Source: Chiloscyllium plagiosum
Lineage: Eukaryota
Assembly: GCF_004010195.1 (NCBI RefSeq)
Contig: NC_057719.1
Span: forward strand, 71,750,055-71,814,054
Length of the DNA stretch: 64,000 bases
Reading direction: 5' to 3'
The notes below the pieces were generated by a model, which was not told the DNA's origin, did not search any database, and saw only the letters and a program-made list of their open reading frames with translations. Positions 12,150 to 24,379 of the stretch are shown here, in pieces (position 1 is the first letter of the stretch; every line of letters begins with the position of its first letter). Position numbers and translations under genes: made by a program.

Positions 12150-14410
12150 GGGATAGTGGCTGGATTACTGCTGGACTAAGTAATCTAAAGACTCAGGTAA
12201 TGCAAGGTTTATGAAGGCATTACTCAGGTAATGTTATGGTAACCTGGGTTTAAATCCCACCACAGAAAATGGTGGAATCTGAATACAAGAGAATACCTGG
12301 AACTGAGAGTCTAATGTTGACAATGAAGCCATTATCATTGTCAAAATAACCCATTTGAGTCAGCAATGTTCTTTAGGGAAGGAAATCTGCTGTCCTTACC
12401 TGATCTGGCCTACAGCAAAGTGATTGGTTTTTAACTATCCTCTGCAATAGCTGAGCAAGCCATTCATTTGTAACAAACTGACAAAAATTCTCAAAGGAAT
12501 GAGACCAGATGGACCACCCAGCGTTGTCCTAGGCACCAGAAACAACAATGCCAAACTCAATCCCGTCAACCCTACAAAGTTCTCCTTTCCTACCATTTGA
12601 GAGCTTGTGCTGAAATTGGGATAATTATCTGATTAACTCATCAAGCAGCAATATGACAAAGACATTGTCACAAATACCTTATAAACAGTGACACAGACAC
12701 CACTATCACCATCCCTGGATATGTCCTGTCCCACAGGCAGGACTAGCCTTGCATAGGTGGTGGAACAGTGGTATACAGTTAAAAGGGAGTTATCCTGACA
12801 ATCCTTAACATTGGCTCTGGACTCAATGAAGTCTCAAATCAAACATGGCCAAGGAATACTCCTGCTTAATAATATGTACTGTCCTATCTCCGCTGATGCA
12901 TCAGTGCTCCCTCCATGTTGAACACCACTTAAAGGAAAAACTGAGGGTGGCAAGGGCACTTTGATGTCCACCACCTGGAGTGACACAGCAGCACCGCCAC
13001 TGACTGAGCGGCCAAGTCTTAAAGGACATTGTTGCTAGACTAGACCTGTGGGAGGTAGTGAAACCACAAGACTGAAAAACATACTTGACCTCATCATCAT
13101 CAATCAGTCTGTCACATATACCCATGGCAGTCCATGATAGCATTGATAGGAGTGACCACTGCATAGTCCTTTTGGAGATGAAGTCCTGCCTTCATGTTGA
13201 GAATACCCAACATCGTACTGTGCTGCACAAGAACTATGATGAATGGGATAGATATTACACAGATCTAGCAAATAAAGAATAGGCATCCATGAGGTGCCAT
13301 GGCCTATCAGCAGCCGAATCCTGCTCCCACACAATTTGCAACCTCAAGACCTGGATGTCCAGGGGAAAACTCTCTCCTGATTGAAATCATATATGGCATA
13401 AAGGAAGATGATTGTAGTCAGCTTGAAGTCAGACTCTCAGCGCCAGACATCACTGCAGAAGATCTTCAAGGTACTGTTCCTGGCACAACCACCATCATTT
13501 TCTATATCAATGACCTTTCCTCCATCATAAGGTCAGAAGCAGAGATGTTCACTGATGATTGCACTGAGTTCCATAACATTCACGACTCCTCAGATGTTGA
13601 AGTAGTCCATGTTCAAATGCAACAAGACATGGACAATATCCTGGTTTGAGCTGACAAGTGGCAAAAAAAATTCATGCTACACAAATGCCAAGCAATGACT
13701 ATTTCCAACAATAAAGAACTTAACCATTGCCACTTGACATTCAATGGCATGACAATCGCCAAATCCCATACTAGCAACAAACTAATGGATACCACTGGCC
13801 AGAAACTCAATTCATTCACCATTTAAATACAGTGGTTGCAAGAGCAGTCAGAGCCTTGGAATCCTGCGTGAATAGCTCACCACCTGAGTCCCCAAAGCCT
13901 GACCATGATCTTCAAGGCGAATGTCTGGAATTTGATGGAATACTTCTAACTTGCCTGGATGGGTGAAGCTCCAACAAAATTCAAAATGCTTGACACCATC
14001 CAGGACAAAGCAGCCCACTTGATTGACACGAGATCCACTCCCTCCATCACCGAAGATCAGTAGCAGTAGTGCAAAATGATCTACAAAATGCACTGCAGAA
14101 GTTCATCAAGACAATACCTTCCAAAGTTGTGACACTATAATTTGGAAGGACAAGGGCAACAGATACATGGGAACATCACCACCTGCAACTTTCTGTTCAA
14201 GCCACACCTTATTCTGACTTAGGAACATATCACATTCCTTCACTCTTGCTGATCAAGAGCCTAGAACTCTCTCCAAACATCATTGCAATGTAACGTCATG
14301 ATTTGGACTGCAGTAGTTCAAAAAGGCAGCTCACCAGCACCTTCTCAAGAGTAACTAGGGATAGACAATAAATTATGGCTGATTCAGCAAATACCACATC
14401 CAGTAAATAA
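12150..14410 (+). mobile_element. CR1/L2-group LINE with tRNA-like 5' head, internally deleted ORF2 and intact 3' tail
   Basis: Head with box B-like gggtttaaatccc (about 12246); decayed APE region 12590-13270 (IDRSDHCIVL); RT motifs YINDL and FTDD in ORF 13299; LDTIQDKAA near 13990; tail actagggatagacaataaat..ccacatcc. Confidence 0.8.
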
Positions 14411-14547
14411 AGGAGATGGAGTGAAAACATGGGAAAATGTGAAATTGTCCATTTTGGCAGGAAGAATTTAAAAAAGAACATATTATTTAAATGGTGAGAA
14501 ATTGCAAGGCTCTGTGATATAGTGGGACATAGGAATTTGTAGAGTAA

Positions 14548-17162
14548 AAGAGTCATAGAGATGTACAGCACGGAAACAGACCCTTCAGTCCAACTTGTCC
14601 ATGCCGATCTGATATTCCAATCTAATCTAGTCCCATCTGTCAGCACCCGGCCCATATCCCTTCCTATTCATTTACCATCCAGATGCCTTTTAAATGCTGC
14701 AATTGTACCAGCCTCCACCACTTCCTCTGGCAGTGCATTCTATACACACACCACCTTCTGTAACAAAAGGTTGCCCCTTAGGTTGTTTTTAAATATTTCC
14801 CATCTCACCTTAAACCTATGCCCTCTAGTTCTGGACTCCCGACCCCAGAGAAAAGACGCTGTCTGTTTATCCTATCCATACACCTCATAATTTTATAAAC
14901 CTCCATAAGGTCATCCCCCAGCCTCTAACGTTCCAGGGAAAACAGCCTCAGCCTATTCAGCCTCTCCCTGTAGCTATAAATCCTCCAACCCTGGCAGTAT
15001 CCTTGTAAATCTTTTCTGAACCCTTTCATATTTCACCACATCCTTCCTATAGGAGGGAGACCAGAATTGCACACAATATTCCAAAAGTGGCCTAACCACT
15101 GTTCTGTACAGCTGCAACATAACCTCCCAACGCCTATACTCAATACTCTGACCAATAAAGGAAAGCAAACCAAAGGCCTTCTTCACTATCCTATCTACCT
15201 GCGACTCCACTTTCAAGGAGTTATGATCCTGGACTCCAAGATCCCTTTGTTCAACAATACTCCTCAGGACCTTACATTGAAGTGTATAAATCCTGCCTGG
15301 ATTTGCCTTTCCAAAATACAGTAACTCACATTTATCTGAATTAAACTCCATCTGCCATTCCTCAGCCCATTGGCCCATCTGATCAAGATCCTGTTGTAAT
15401 CTGAGAAAACCTTATTCACTGTTTACTACGTCTCCAATGTTGGTGTCATCTGCAATATTACTAACTTTACCTCTTATGCTCACATCCAAATCATTTATAT
15501 AAATGATGAATGACAGTGGACCCAGCATCAATCCTTGTGGCACTCCACTGGTCACAGGCCTCCAGTCTGAAAAACAAACTTCCACCACCACCCTGTCTTC
15601 TACCTTCAAGCCAGTTCTGTATCCAAATGGCTAGTTCTCCCTGTATTACATGAGATCTAATCTTGCTAACCAGCGTACTATGAGAAACCTTGACAAACAC
15701 CTTGATGAAGTTCATATGGATCATGTTTACATAGAACATAGAACATAGAACANNNNNNNNNNNNNNNNNNNNNNNNNNNNNNNNNNNNNNNNNNNNNNNN
15801 NNNNNNNNNNNNNNNNNNNNNNNNNNNNNNNNNNNNNNNNNNNNNNNNNNNNNNNNNNNNNNNNNNNNNNNNNNNNNNNNNNNNNNNNNNNNNNNNNNNN
15901 NNNNNNNNNNNNNNNNNNNNNNNNNNNNNNNNNNNNNNNNNNNNNNNNNNNNNNNNNNNNNNNNNNNNNNNNNNNNNNNNNNNNNNNNNNNNNNNNNNNN
16001 NNNNNNNNNNNNNNNNNNNNNNNNNNNNNNNNNNNNNNNNNNNNNNNNNNNNNNNNNNNNNNNNNNNNNNNNNNNNNNNNNNNNNNNNNNNNNNNNNNNN
16101 NNNNNNNNNNNNNNNNNNNNNNNNNNNNNNNNNNNNNNNNNNNNNNNNNNNNNNNNNNNNNNNNNNNNNNNNNNNNNNNNNNNNNNNNNNNNNNNNNNNN
16201 NNNNNNNNNNNNNNNNNNNNNNNNNNNNNNNNNNNNNNNNNNNNNNNNNNNNNNNNNNNNNNNNNNNNNNNNNNNNNNNNNNNNNNNNNNNNNNNNNNNN
16301 NNNNNNNNNNNNNNNNNNNNNNNNNNNNNNNNNNNNNNNNNNNNNNNNNNNNNNNNNNNNNNNNNNNNNNNNNNNNNNNNNNNNNNNNNNNNNNNNNNNN
16401 NNNNNNNNNNNNNNNNNNNNNNNNNNNNNNNNNNNNNNNNNNNNNNNNNNNNNNNNNNNNNNNNNNNNNNNNNNNNNNNNNNNNNNNNNNNNNNNNNNNN
16501 NNNNNNNNNNNNNNNNNNNNNNNNNNNNNNNNNNNNAAATTTCCCTCTATCCCATGCCTCCTGACTTTCCGCATAAGCCTACCATGGGGAACCTTATCAA
16601 ATGCCTTACTAAAATCCATGTATACTACATCCACTGCTCTACCCTCATCCACATGCTTGGTCACCTCCTCAAAGAATTCAATCAGACTTGTAAGGCAAGA
16701 CCTACCCTTCTACCCTTTACCATTCTGCCCTTATCAATTCTCTTTATTACTTCTTCAAAAAATTCAATCAAGTTCGTGATACATGAATTCTAATGCACAA
16801 AGCTATGCTGAATATCTCTAATCAGTCCTTGCCTTTCCAATACATGTAAATCCTGTCCCTTAGGATTCCCTCAAACAACTTGCCCACCTCCACCATTGTC
16901 AGGCTCACAGGTCTTTAGTTCCCTGACTTTTCTTACCACTTTTCTTAAATAGTGGCACCATGTTAGCCAACCTTCAACCTTCTGGCATCTCACCAGTGAC
17001 TATTGATGATACAAATATCTCAGAAAGGGGCCCAGCAATCTCTTCCCTGGCTTCCCTCAGAGTTCTGGGGTACACCTGATAGGTCCTGGAGATTTATCCA
17101 CGTTTCTATGTTTTAAGACATTCAGCACCTCCTCTTCTGTAAAATGGATATTTTTCAAGATC
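14548..17162 (-). mobile_element. CR1 LINE (HER1-like), with a second CR1 nested across the assembly gap
   Basis: ORFs 14974, 15412 and 15491(-) carry WQMEFN, GVPQG.MLGP, IADD; a (gaacata)n tail of another CR1 abuts the gap at 15730-15752 and its RT (VDVVYMDFSKAFDKVPH) follows at 16537-16700. Confidence 0.92.
15753..16536. other. Assembly gap (784 N)
   Basis: Run of n. Confidence 1.
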
Positions 17163-17448
17163 TTAGTACATGAATCAATAAGGTTTGTATAAAGCACAGC
17201 AAGTAATTAAGAAAACTAATAGAATATTATTTTTTATTGCAAGGAGAATTAAATACCAAATAAAAGGCATTTTTGTTTTAGTTATATAATGCACCAACAG
17301 GGCAATGTCTGGTGTACATTGTAAAGCATTGGTGGCCTTATTTAAGGAATATGATGCACTCTTCACAGAGGTTTGATTGTGCTTGTATCATATGTGGTAA
17401 GGTAGGACAGACAGGAGTTATATCCACTGGACTTTAGATGAGTAAGAG

Positions 17449-17630
17449 TCTAGAGGATGGTGCTGGAAAAGCACAGCAGGTCAGGCAGCATCTGAGGAGG
17501 AGGGAAATCAACGTTTCAGGCAAGAGCCCTTCATCAGGAACCTCCCCTGATGCTGCCTGACCTGCTGTGCTTTTCCAGTACTCCACTCTCAACTCTGATC
17601 TCCCGCATCTGCCGTCCTCCCTTTCTCCTT
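17449..17630 (+). mobile_element. Fold-back PLE-derived element, family A, with TSD
   Basis: Inverted arms ctggaaaagcacagcaggtcaggcagcatc / gatgctgcctgacctgctgtgcttttccag; direct repeat agtaagag at 17441-17448 and 17637-17644; sits inside an old plus-strand CR1 3' end (about 17165-18280). Confidence 0.8.
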
Positions 17631-17791
17631 GAGAAAAGTAAGAGACAACTTGAATAGAACATATTGAACATGATAGAACTTGATGGGGTGAGGACGTTCC
17701 CTTTTATGGGAGAATCTAAAATTAGGTGTTACTTTAAAAATAATGAGGTGTCTATTTTTGACAGAGATGAGGAGACTTTTTTCTCCTCTGT

Positions 17792-18109
17792 GGGTGGCAC
17801 AGTGGCACAGTGGTTAGCACTTCTGCTTCACAGCTCCAGAGACCAGTGTTCAATTCCCGCCTCAGGCGACTGACTGTGTGGAATTTGCACATTCTTCCCG
17901 TGTCTGCATGGGTTTCCTCCGGATGCTCCGGTTTCCTCCCACAGTCCAAAAACGTGCAGGTTAGGTGAATTGGCCATGCCACATTGCCCGTAGTGTTAGG
18001 TGAAGGGGTAAATGTAGGGGAATGGGTCTGGGTGGGTTGCGCTTCGGCGAGTCAGTGTGGACTTGTGGGGCCGAAGGGCCTGTTTCCACACTGTAAGTAA
18101 TCTGATCTA
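17792..18109 (+). mobile_element. HE1 SINE, full length
   Basis: gggtggcacagtggcacagtggttagcac (box A), gttcaattccc (box B), V-domain gggtttcctccggatgctccggtttcctcccacagtccaaa, HER1-like tail gggccgaagggcctgtttccacactgta and taatct repeats. Confidence 0.95.
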
Positions 18110-18289
18110 TGAAACGTTCTTCTTAAAAGGTGATGGAAGCAGACTTTCAATGTTGTTAAGACATGTACATTTGTTTTTGATGAGGAAGTGAAAGGTTGTT
18201 GGGGTAAGTGAGAATGTGGAGTAATCACGTCAGATTTGAGGGGTCAAGTGGCCTAATTCTGTGCTTGAAATTCATGTTCTTATGAACTG

Positions 18290-18570
18290 AACCATGTCTG
18301 TTGCACAATTCACACACACACACACTAGGGCAGCAAGTAGATAATGAGAGCTATGCTGCCACATATGATGTCACTCAGTGGACTATTTGGGATTCTTAAT
18401 GTTTCAGGTTGTGCTGAGAAACCCTACAATACCACAGAGGGCACACGTCTCATTTGTATAATCTGTTGTATCCTTCACACTCCGCCCATCACAAGGGAAC
18501 AGTCTATGTCCCCAGGTGCACAAAGTGCAACTGAGGAGGAAAAGGAGGTGGATGAACAAAGGAAATAACT
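18290..18570 (+). mobile_element. PIF/Harbinger transposase C-terminal relic
   Basis: Frameshifted NESYAATYDVTQWTI/FGIL..CFR..LQY..ICIICCILH plus acidic tail, matching HARBI1-type YN..H..TR..IE..FG.LK.RFRCL..LQY..II..CC.LHN. Confidence 0.72.
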
Positions 18571-18660
18571 AATGCTTAGGTGTTCTGGCTGGGTGTGCAA
18601 GCTCAGCCCATCTGACTGTGGGAGCTGTCAGTGCAACTCAAATTCCCCATGCAACAACGT

Positions 18661-19020
18661 GAGGTGATGGTCTAGTAGTATTATTGTTAGACTATTAATC
18701 CATAGAACCAGGTAATATTTTGGGGACCTGGATTCAAAGTCCCCCATGACAGATGATGGAATTTGAATTCACTTTAAAAAAATCTTGAACTAAGGATCTA
18801 ACGATGACCACGAATCCATTGTTGATTGTTGGAAAAACCCATCTGGTTCACTAATGTCCTTTAGAGAAGGAATCTGCCATCCTTACCTGGTCTGGCCTAC
18901 ATGTGACTTCAGACTCACTGCAATGTAGTCGAAACTTAACTGCCCTCTGGGCAATTAGGAATGGGCAATAAATGCTGGCCCAGCCAGCGATGCCCACAAT
19001 CCATAAATGAATCAAAAAAA
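18661..19020 (+). mobile_element. tRNA-derived SINE, full length (head and tail of the LINE at 12150-14410)
   Basis: Box A tggtctagtag, box B ggattcaaagtccc; body collinear with 12150-12445, then gggcaattaggaatgggcaataaatgctggcc..gcccac..atgaatcaaaaaaa tail. Confidence 0.85.
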
Positions 19021-19029
19021 CACACTTGC

Positions 19030-20000
19030 TCAATATTGCTAATGTGCAATATTCAACACAAAAGTCAATTTTCCACAAAGTCAAAAATCACCCTTTCACA
19101 TTCCCTTGAAGCCTATTTTCCATAAGTTTCTCCCTAATCTACAGTGTTGCCCCAGTGTGTATAGCAGGTAGAAGGTCACTGACTTTCAAAGGGAGGGACT
19201 GCAGATGGCCCTGTATAATGTGCTCGAACACTTCTGGGCCTAGAAGGCCTAGTCCAGACTGTACCACTTTGCCAAGGTATCTGTAGTCTGGGTTGACTGG
19301 CAGAAAGGCAACAGCAAAGACACTGGCGGGGTTACAAGTTGGAAGATGCAGACCTTTTTTCCTGATAGGACATTGTGTGTGTTTGCTTCATGGAGCCACA
19401 GCCATGATGACAGCAGACTGAACTTCAGCACAGCAGCATGAGCTTCTATTGTGGCACTCAGACACCGGGTGCTCCCTGCTTATGCTGCCATCGAGACAGA
19501 CATTGGCTGTCAGATGCTAAATTATGTTGTGTCAGCTGGAGAGGATGTGTTCTGGACTCTGTGTAAGGCCAGCCTCCCTGCCCTAGTTGCTGACTGCCTA
19601 TTCCCATGTTCACCACATGCGGATCCCACATGTTAGACACCTTCCAAAGTACACACAGTCTCACTATCTAAGCTGTGAGTGCCAGAACGAAGGACAATGC
19701 TTCTTCATCATCAATGTCTTCATCTCAAATGGTGCCCTACCCACTCAGTTGCTTGAAGTGATTCTAATGGTCTTTGTGAACATTTCCTATTCTGTGTACT
19801 TCCATTTCTGTAACATTGGAGTACGCTGTCTCTATCACATTGCATCTTCGCTGGAGGATTCAGCACCTGCTGCAGCCAGAGGATGAGCTGACTCTAACTG
19901 ATGCTTGTTCTCACACATGTAGCCATTCCATATTGGGCTGGTCACTAACTTATATCAGCAGATACCATCAAATGTGTGTGATCCTGCAACAGAGAGAACA
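19030..20000 (-). mobile_element. Possible second (Myb/SANT-like) gene region of the Harbinger element, decayed
   Basis: Follows the transposase C-terminus, where Harbinger elements often carry a convergent second ORF; no motif recovered, so the call is positional. Confidence 0.3.
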
Positions 20001-20209
20001 GCTGGGTATGTTAATTGTAAATTGTGAGCCTTCCCTCCCATTTTCAAGTTTTATCTCTGTTCGTATTTGGAGCAGGTAAATCGCAGATTCATCAGGCTGA
20101 TATCTGGCTTGAATAGGTTAATTTATGAGCACCGGGTAGGATAAAATAGGTTTAAACATGTACTACCTGAGAACTTTGGGAATTTGGGGATGATCTAATC
20201 GAAGTGTTA

Positions 20210-22150
20210 AGAAACATGGGAACACAGGTGTAGGAGTGGACCATTCAGCCCCTTGATTCGGCTCTGCCATTCAGTAAGATCATGGTTGATCTGTGGCCTA
20301 ATGCGATATGCTTGCCTTGGGCCTACATCCCTTGATACCCTGACTTAATAAAAATTTCACATCTCACATTTAAATTTCACAATTGAATAAGAATCGACCA
20401 GCATTTGAGGAAGAGGGTTCCAAACCTCCACTACTTTTGCACGTAGAAATCCTTTGTAACATCACTCCTGAATGGCCTGGCCCCTAATTCTTAGACTACG
20501 CCCCTGGCTCTAGAATCTTCACCCAGTGGAAATAATTTTTTGTTATAAAACCTGTGTTTTCCTTTTAATACCCTGAAGACCTCAGATTAGATCACCTTTA
20601 ACTTTCTAAATTCTAAAGAATAAAAGCCTAATTTGGCAAATTTCTCCTCATAATTTAACTCCTGAAGCCCAGGTACCATCTTTGTAAAACTAGGTTGAGC
20701 TCCCTCCAGAGCCAAAACATCCTTTCTAAGGTGTGGTGCCCAGGTCTGCTCAGAGAACTCTAAGTGGTATCTAATTAGGGTTTTATACAAAACAATACAA
20801 CTGCAAGGTAACGCCTGAATTCTCATACTCCATTCCACCATTCCATCAGTCTTCTTGTCTATTTTCTGTGCCTGTTTGTGGTATTTTAAAGAGCTGTGCA
20901 TTTGAAACCTCCCAAAATCTTATTGAACATTCACTGTATTTAACTTTATGTCTTTTAAAAAATTACCCTGATATATCCTTTTATCCTCAGCTCACACTTG
21001 CTTATATTAAAATCCATCTGCCACAGATTTGCCATTCACCTGATCTATCAATATTCAGCTGTAATTGTATGCTGCTGTTCTCAGTGTCTACAATGCTGCC
21101 CCATTTTGTGTCATCAGCAAATCTGAATATTTGATTCTTTATGCCATTATCCAAGTCATTAATGAGCGTTGTGAATAATTGAGGGCCCAACACAGAGCCA
21201 TGCCCTGCTATTTTTATCCATTAGTCCAACTTCCTGTCACTCAGCTAATTTCCTACCTATGTCAATAATTTGCCCTCAATTCTGTGGGTTTAGTTAATTG
21301 TCTGTTGTGTGTGACTTTATCAAAAGCCTTCTGGAAGTCTGTATAAACAACATCCATCAACTTACCTCTGTCCACCACCACTTTACCACTTCTTCAAAAA
21401 ACTCAATGAAGTTTGTCAGACATGATCTACTCTTCATGAATCCATGCTGAATGTCTCAGATTAACTGAAATTCTCAAGGTGATCAGTTATCTTGTCCTTG
21501 ATTATAGACTCCAACAATTTTCCCACCACTGATGCCCGTTTAATTGGTTTGCAATTCCCTGGTTTCCTTACGTCACCCATTTTAAAGAGTGACATGAGCA
21601 AATTTCCAATCCAAAGGTCCAACCGAATCCAGGGAACACTGAAAGATTATGGTTAGGGCATCAGCAGTGTGCTGTCCTAGGTCCTTTAACATCTGTGGAT
21701 GGAAACCATCAGGTCCTGGAGATATGTATCCCCACTTCCATTAATTTCCCCATTATTGATGATTTACTTACTAATTTAATTTAAACCCTGTCCCTGATCT
21801 TTTGTTCATTTCTTTGGGACTCTCAGCAAGCTATACTCCTTTTCTGCTGTGAATACTGAAGCAAAATAATCAGTCAGCACGTCTGTCATTTCCCCATGGT
21901 CATTGACAATATATTCACTCTCAGCCTTCAGTCGGCCAATATTACTTTAACCAGCTGCCTCCCCTTTATTGCTTCTTATTGTTTTTATGTCCCTTGCAAG
22001 TTTTCTCTATTAATCCTTTTTGCTGATAATATAAGCCACTAGTGTGGTTTTTGTATGTGTCCCATTCTGTGGGGGCTGTACTGTCCTGTGTTTTAATAAG
22101 TTTGGTATTTTAATATAAAGCTGTCCCTTACATCCTTACATGTCCCTAGT
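20210..22150 (-). mobile_element. CR1 LINE, decayed
   Basis: ORFs 21002 and 20587(-): MLGPQLFT.LINDL..FRFADDTK, LYKTLIR.HLE..WAPHLRKD; minus-strand tail at about 20210. Confidence 0.88.
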
Positions 22151-22194
22151 TGTTTTAATTATTAAGGTGATTTAATGCAAGAAATTGTTTTTCT

Positions 22195-22894
22195 GGATGA
22201 GCTTTTATACCCTCCCTCATTGCAAGTTTGGCCCCTGAGACGGCAGTTAATTGGGTAGCATGATGGCAAGTAAAGATCCTGTCACCTTTCTGCCTCCATC
22301 CTGTTTGAGTTCATGATGGGAAGGCTCATGCTTTGCCCTCCCAGCCCCACCACCAATCAAGTCAATTAGGTAATTGGAGACCAGTTAAGGGTTCCATCCT
22401 TTAATCACTGTGTGTTAACCCAACAGCAGGCGGGTGTATTGTCCAACAGGAGCACAGGTACACTTGGTTGTGGTCTCCCAGATCTGTTCCTTGCTAAATA
22501 GAACTCAGTGTCTGATCAAGGGACCCAATATTAGGAAGCGAGTGGCCAGAGAAGGTTACCCAATGGTTTTACTGACAACCCTCCTCTGTGACCCCACCCA
22601 TGAAACCTTTCCAGCCACCACTTACTTCCAACATGTGTGGCTGTGACCAAGGGCGACAATGAGTGCCATTAGACCACCTTCCAGGTGGCACAACTGAGTA
22701 GAGGAGCTGCCAGCTGCTGACTGGCCGGCAGTTTGTGACGGGCAGGCCTTATCCTCATGAGCCCTCTGCGGTTCTGATTCTGCGTAAAGCCCGATAGTAA
22801 CCTATCCATTGTCTGATTGGTTCAAAATTATGAGTCTCTTGCTGGCTCTGCTGCCAGAGGCTAAGAGCACTGTGGCCTCAGTAAAATTCCCTCC
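22195..22894. mobile_element. Probable non-autonomous Harbinger-type element
   Basis: Left ggatgagcttttatac and right cagtaaaattccctcc resemble the 8787 terminus and its reverse complement; subterminal gtaaagatcctgtcacctttctgc resembles 8883-8907. Confidence 0.45.
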
Positions 22895-23079
22895 ACTATA
22901 ACGTCTGGTGCAGGAGTTTCAAACAAGGTGACATAACCTTAATATTAGGACAAAGCTGTTTAGAAATGAATTTGGAAGGATTGCTTCCCACAGAGAATAG
23001 TGGAAGTTTGGAACCCTCTGAAAAGAAGGTGGATTTTCTGAGACTGAATTGATAGATTTGGAATAGGTATGAGTATTAA

Positions 23080-23302
23080 GGGCTGAAAATGTGTTGCTGG
23101 AAAAGCGCAGCAGGTCAGGCAGCATCCAAGGAGCAGGAGAATCGACGTTTCGGGCATGAGCCCTTCTTCAGGAATGGCTGAAGAAGGGCTCATGCCTGAA
23201 ACTTTGATTCTCCTGCTCCTTGGATGCTGCCTGACCTGCTGCGCTTTTCCAGCAACACATTTTCAGCTCTGATCTCCAGCATCTGCAGTCTTCACTTTCT
23301 CC
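23080..23302 (+). mobile_element. Fold-back PLE-derived element, family A, 11-bp TSD
   Basis: About 90 bp near-perfect inverted arms, each with a hammerhead-like core; TSD atgagtattaa at 23069-23079 and 23303-23313; inside an old CR1 3' end (about 22905-23410). Confidence 0.85.
23139..23175 (-). ncRNA. Minimal hammerhead-ribozyme-like motif (best family A copy)
   Basis: Reverse complement attc-CUGAAGA-A-GGGC-ucau-GCCC-GAAA-C-GUC-gauuc; core boxes and stem II intact, ACGU palindrome in place of stem III, stem I weak. Confidence 0.65.
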
Positions 23303-24379
23303 ATGAGTATTAAAGGATCTGGATAAATTGGACTTTAGATTTAGAGCAGTCATGACCTTATTAAATGACACAGGTGGAGGGGTTCAATAATCAAAACCTG
23401 TCCTTCTGTTCCATTGCGATTTGCTGCATAGGTGTGCCAGAGCTAATTACAGTCTCAGTGCAGGCAAATCAATGTCAAGACATTGGCTGAAAACCTCCTC
23501 TTGATCTTTTAAAGTGAAGCAAGGGGGAGCTTCTACCAACTCCTGAAATACTTTCTTGATCCTGAATACTTTCCAGACCTGGAGTCAGCACTTATTTGCA
23601 GAGATGTACATGCCAAACATGCACATATGAAACCAACCATTACAGTTGCAGTCTGTTCCCATTTAAAGGAGCACTAGTGAATCTGCATTTAATGACCACT
23701 ACCTCCGTATAATTAATGTGCAGTTTATTATACAATTAACAGACTCCCTGACCTCTGATGGGAATCATGAGAGTAGAGTATAAAGTGGCAAAAAGAAGAG
23801 GCCAGTGTGTTGCTGAATGTTTTCAGGTGATGAAGTAGCTCATTCTTTTATGGCAGCCCACTAAGAACACTTGCACAAGTCATTCCTTTGGGTCAGCACT
23901 AACAATACTCTTGACCTTTGTATGCTGAATGCTGCAACCTAATACGTAGACCTTCCATCTAACATTCCTGCAGTGATTATGACAGGAAACATGGTGAAAT
24001 CACATTTTCCTTCAGTCAGATGTTATTAGTATGTGAGCCTATGTATGGTAGGTGGAGCAGCTCCAAAAGCAAGTAGCCCTTGGAAAGAGATGGAGGGGTT
24101 TGAATACAGCAAACAACCTACCAAGTATTGCTTTCTGCCTCAAGGTGTGATGTGACATTGACAGACAGGAAGTAGAAGTGCATGCTAAAATGTGATTTGC
24201 AACTTGCCTATTTACCAGATGTTGTCAGTTATGAAAGTGAATATTATTTTGTTGCATGCTGAAATATAACTAGCAATGAAATATGTGATTAGCATTGCGA
24301 CAGCTCAATTTTAAATGAAACATAGATGTTCATTTCAGAAATGGCAAAAAAGTTAACTTCCAAGGTATTGCTTGGAATA

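Noticed and set aside
15678..16664. 328-aa ORF, the longest in the track (also the ORFs over 31708-32229)
   Set aside because: Artefact of reading through N gaps; the flanks are CR1 sequence.
17792..17870. tRNA gene at SINE heads (also 9460, 12150, 18661)
   Set aside because: Box A/B present but each continues into a SINE or LINE body; no complete cloverleaf with terminator.
22871..22894. Right TIR of the Harbinger element that starts at 8787
   Set aside because: Resembles the reverse complement of 8787-8808 but more likely pairs with a nearer left end at about 22195; flanking triplets agt/act do not match exactly.
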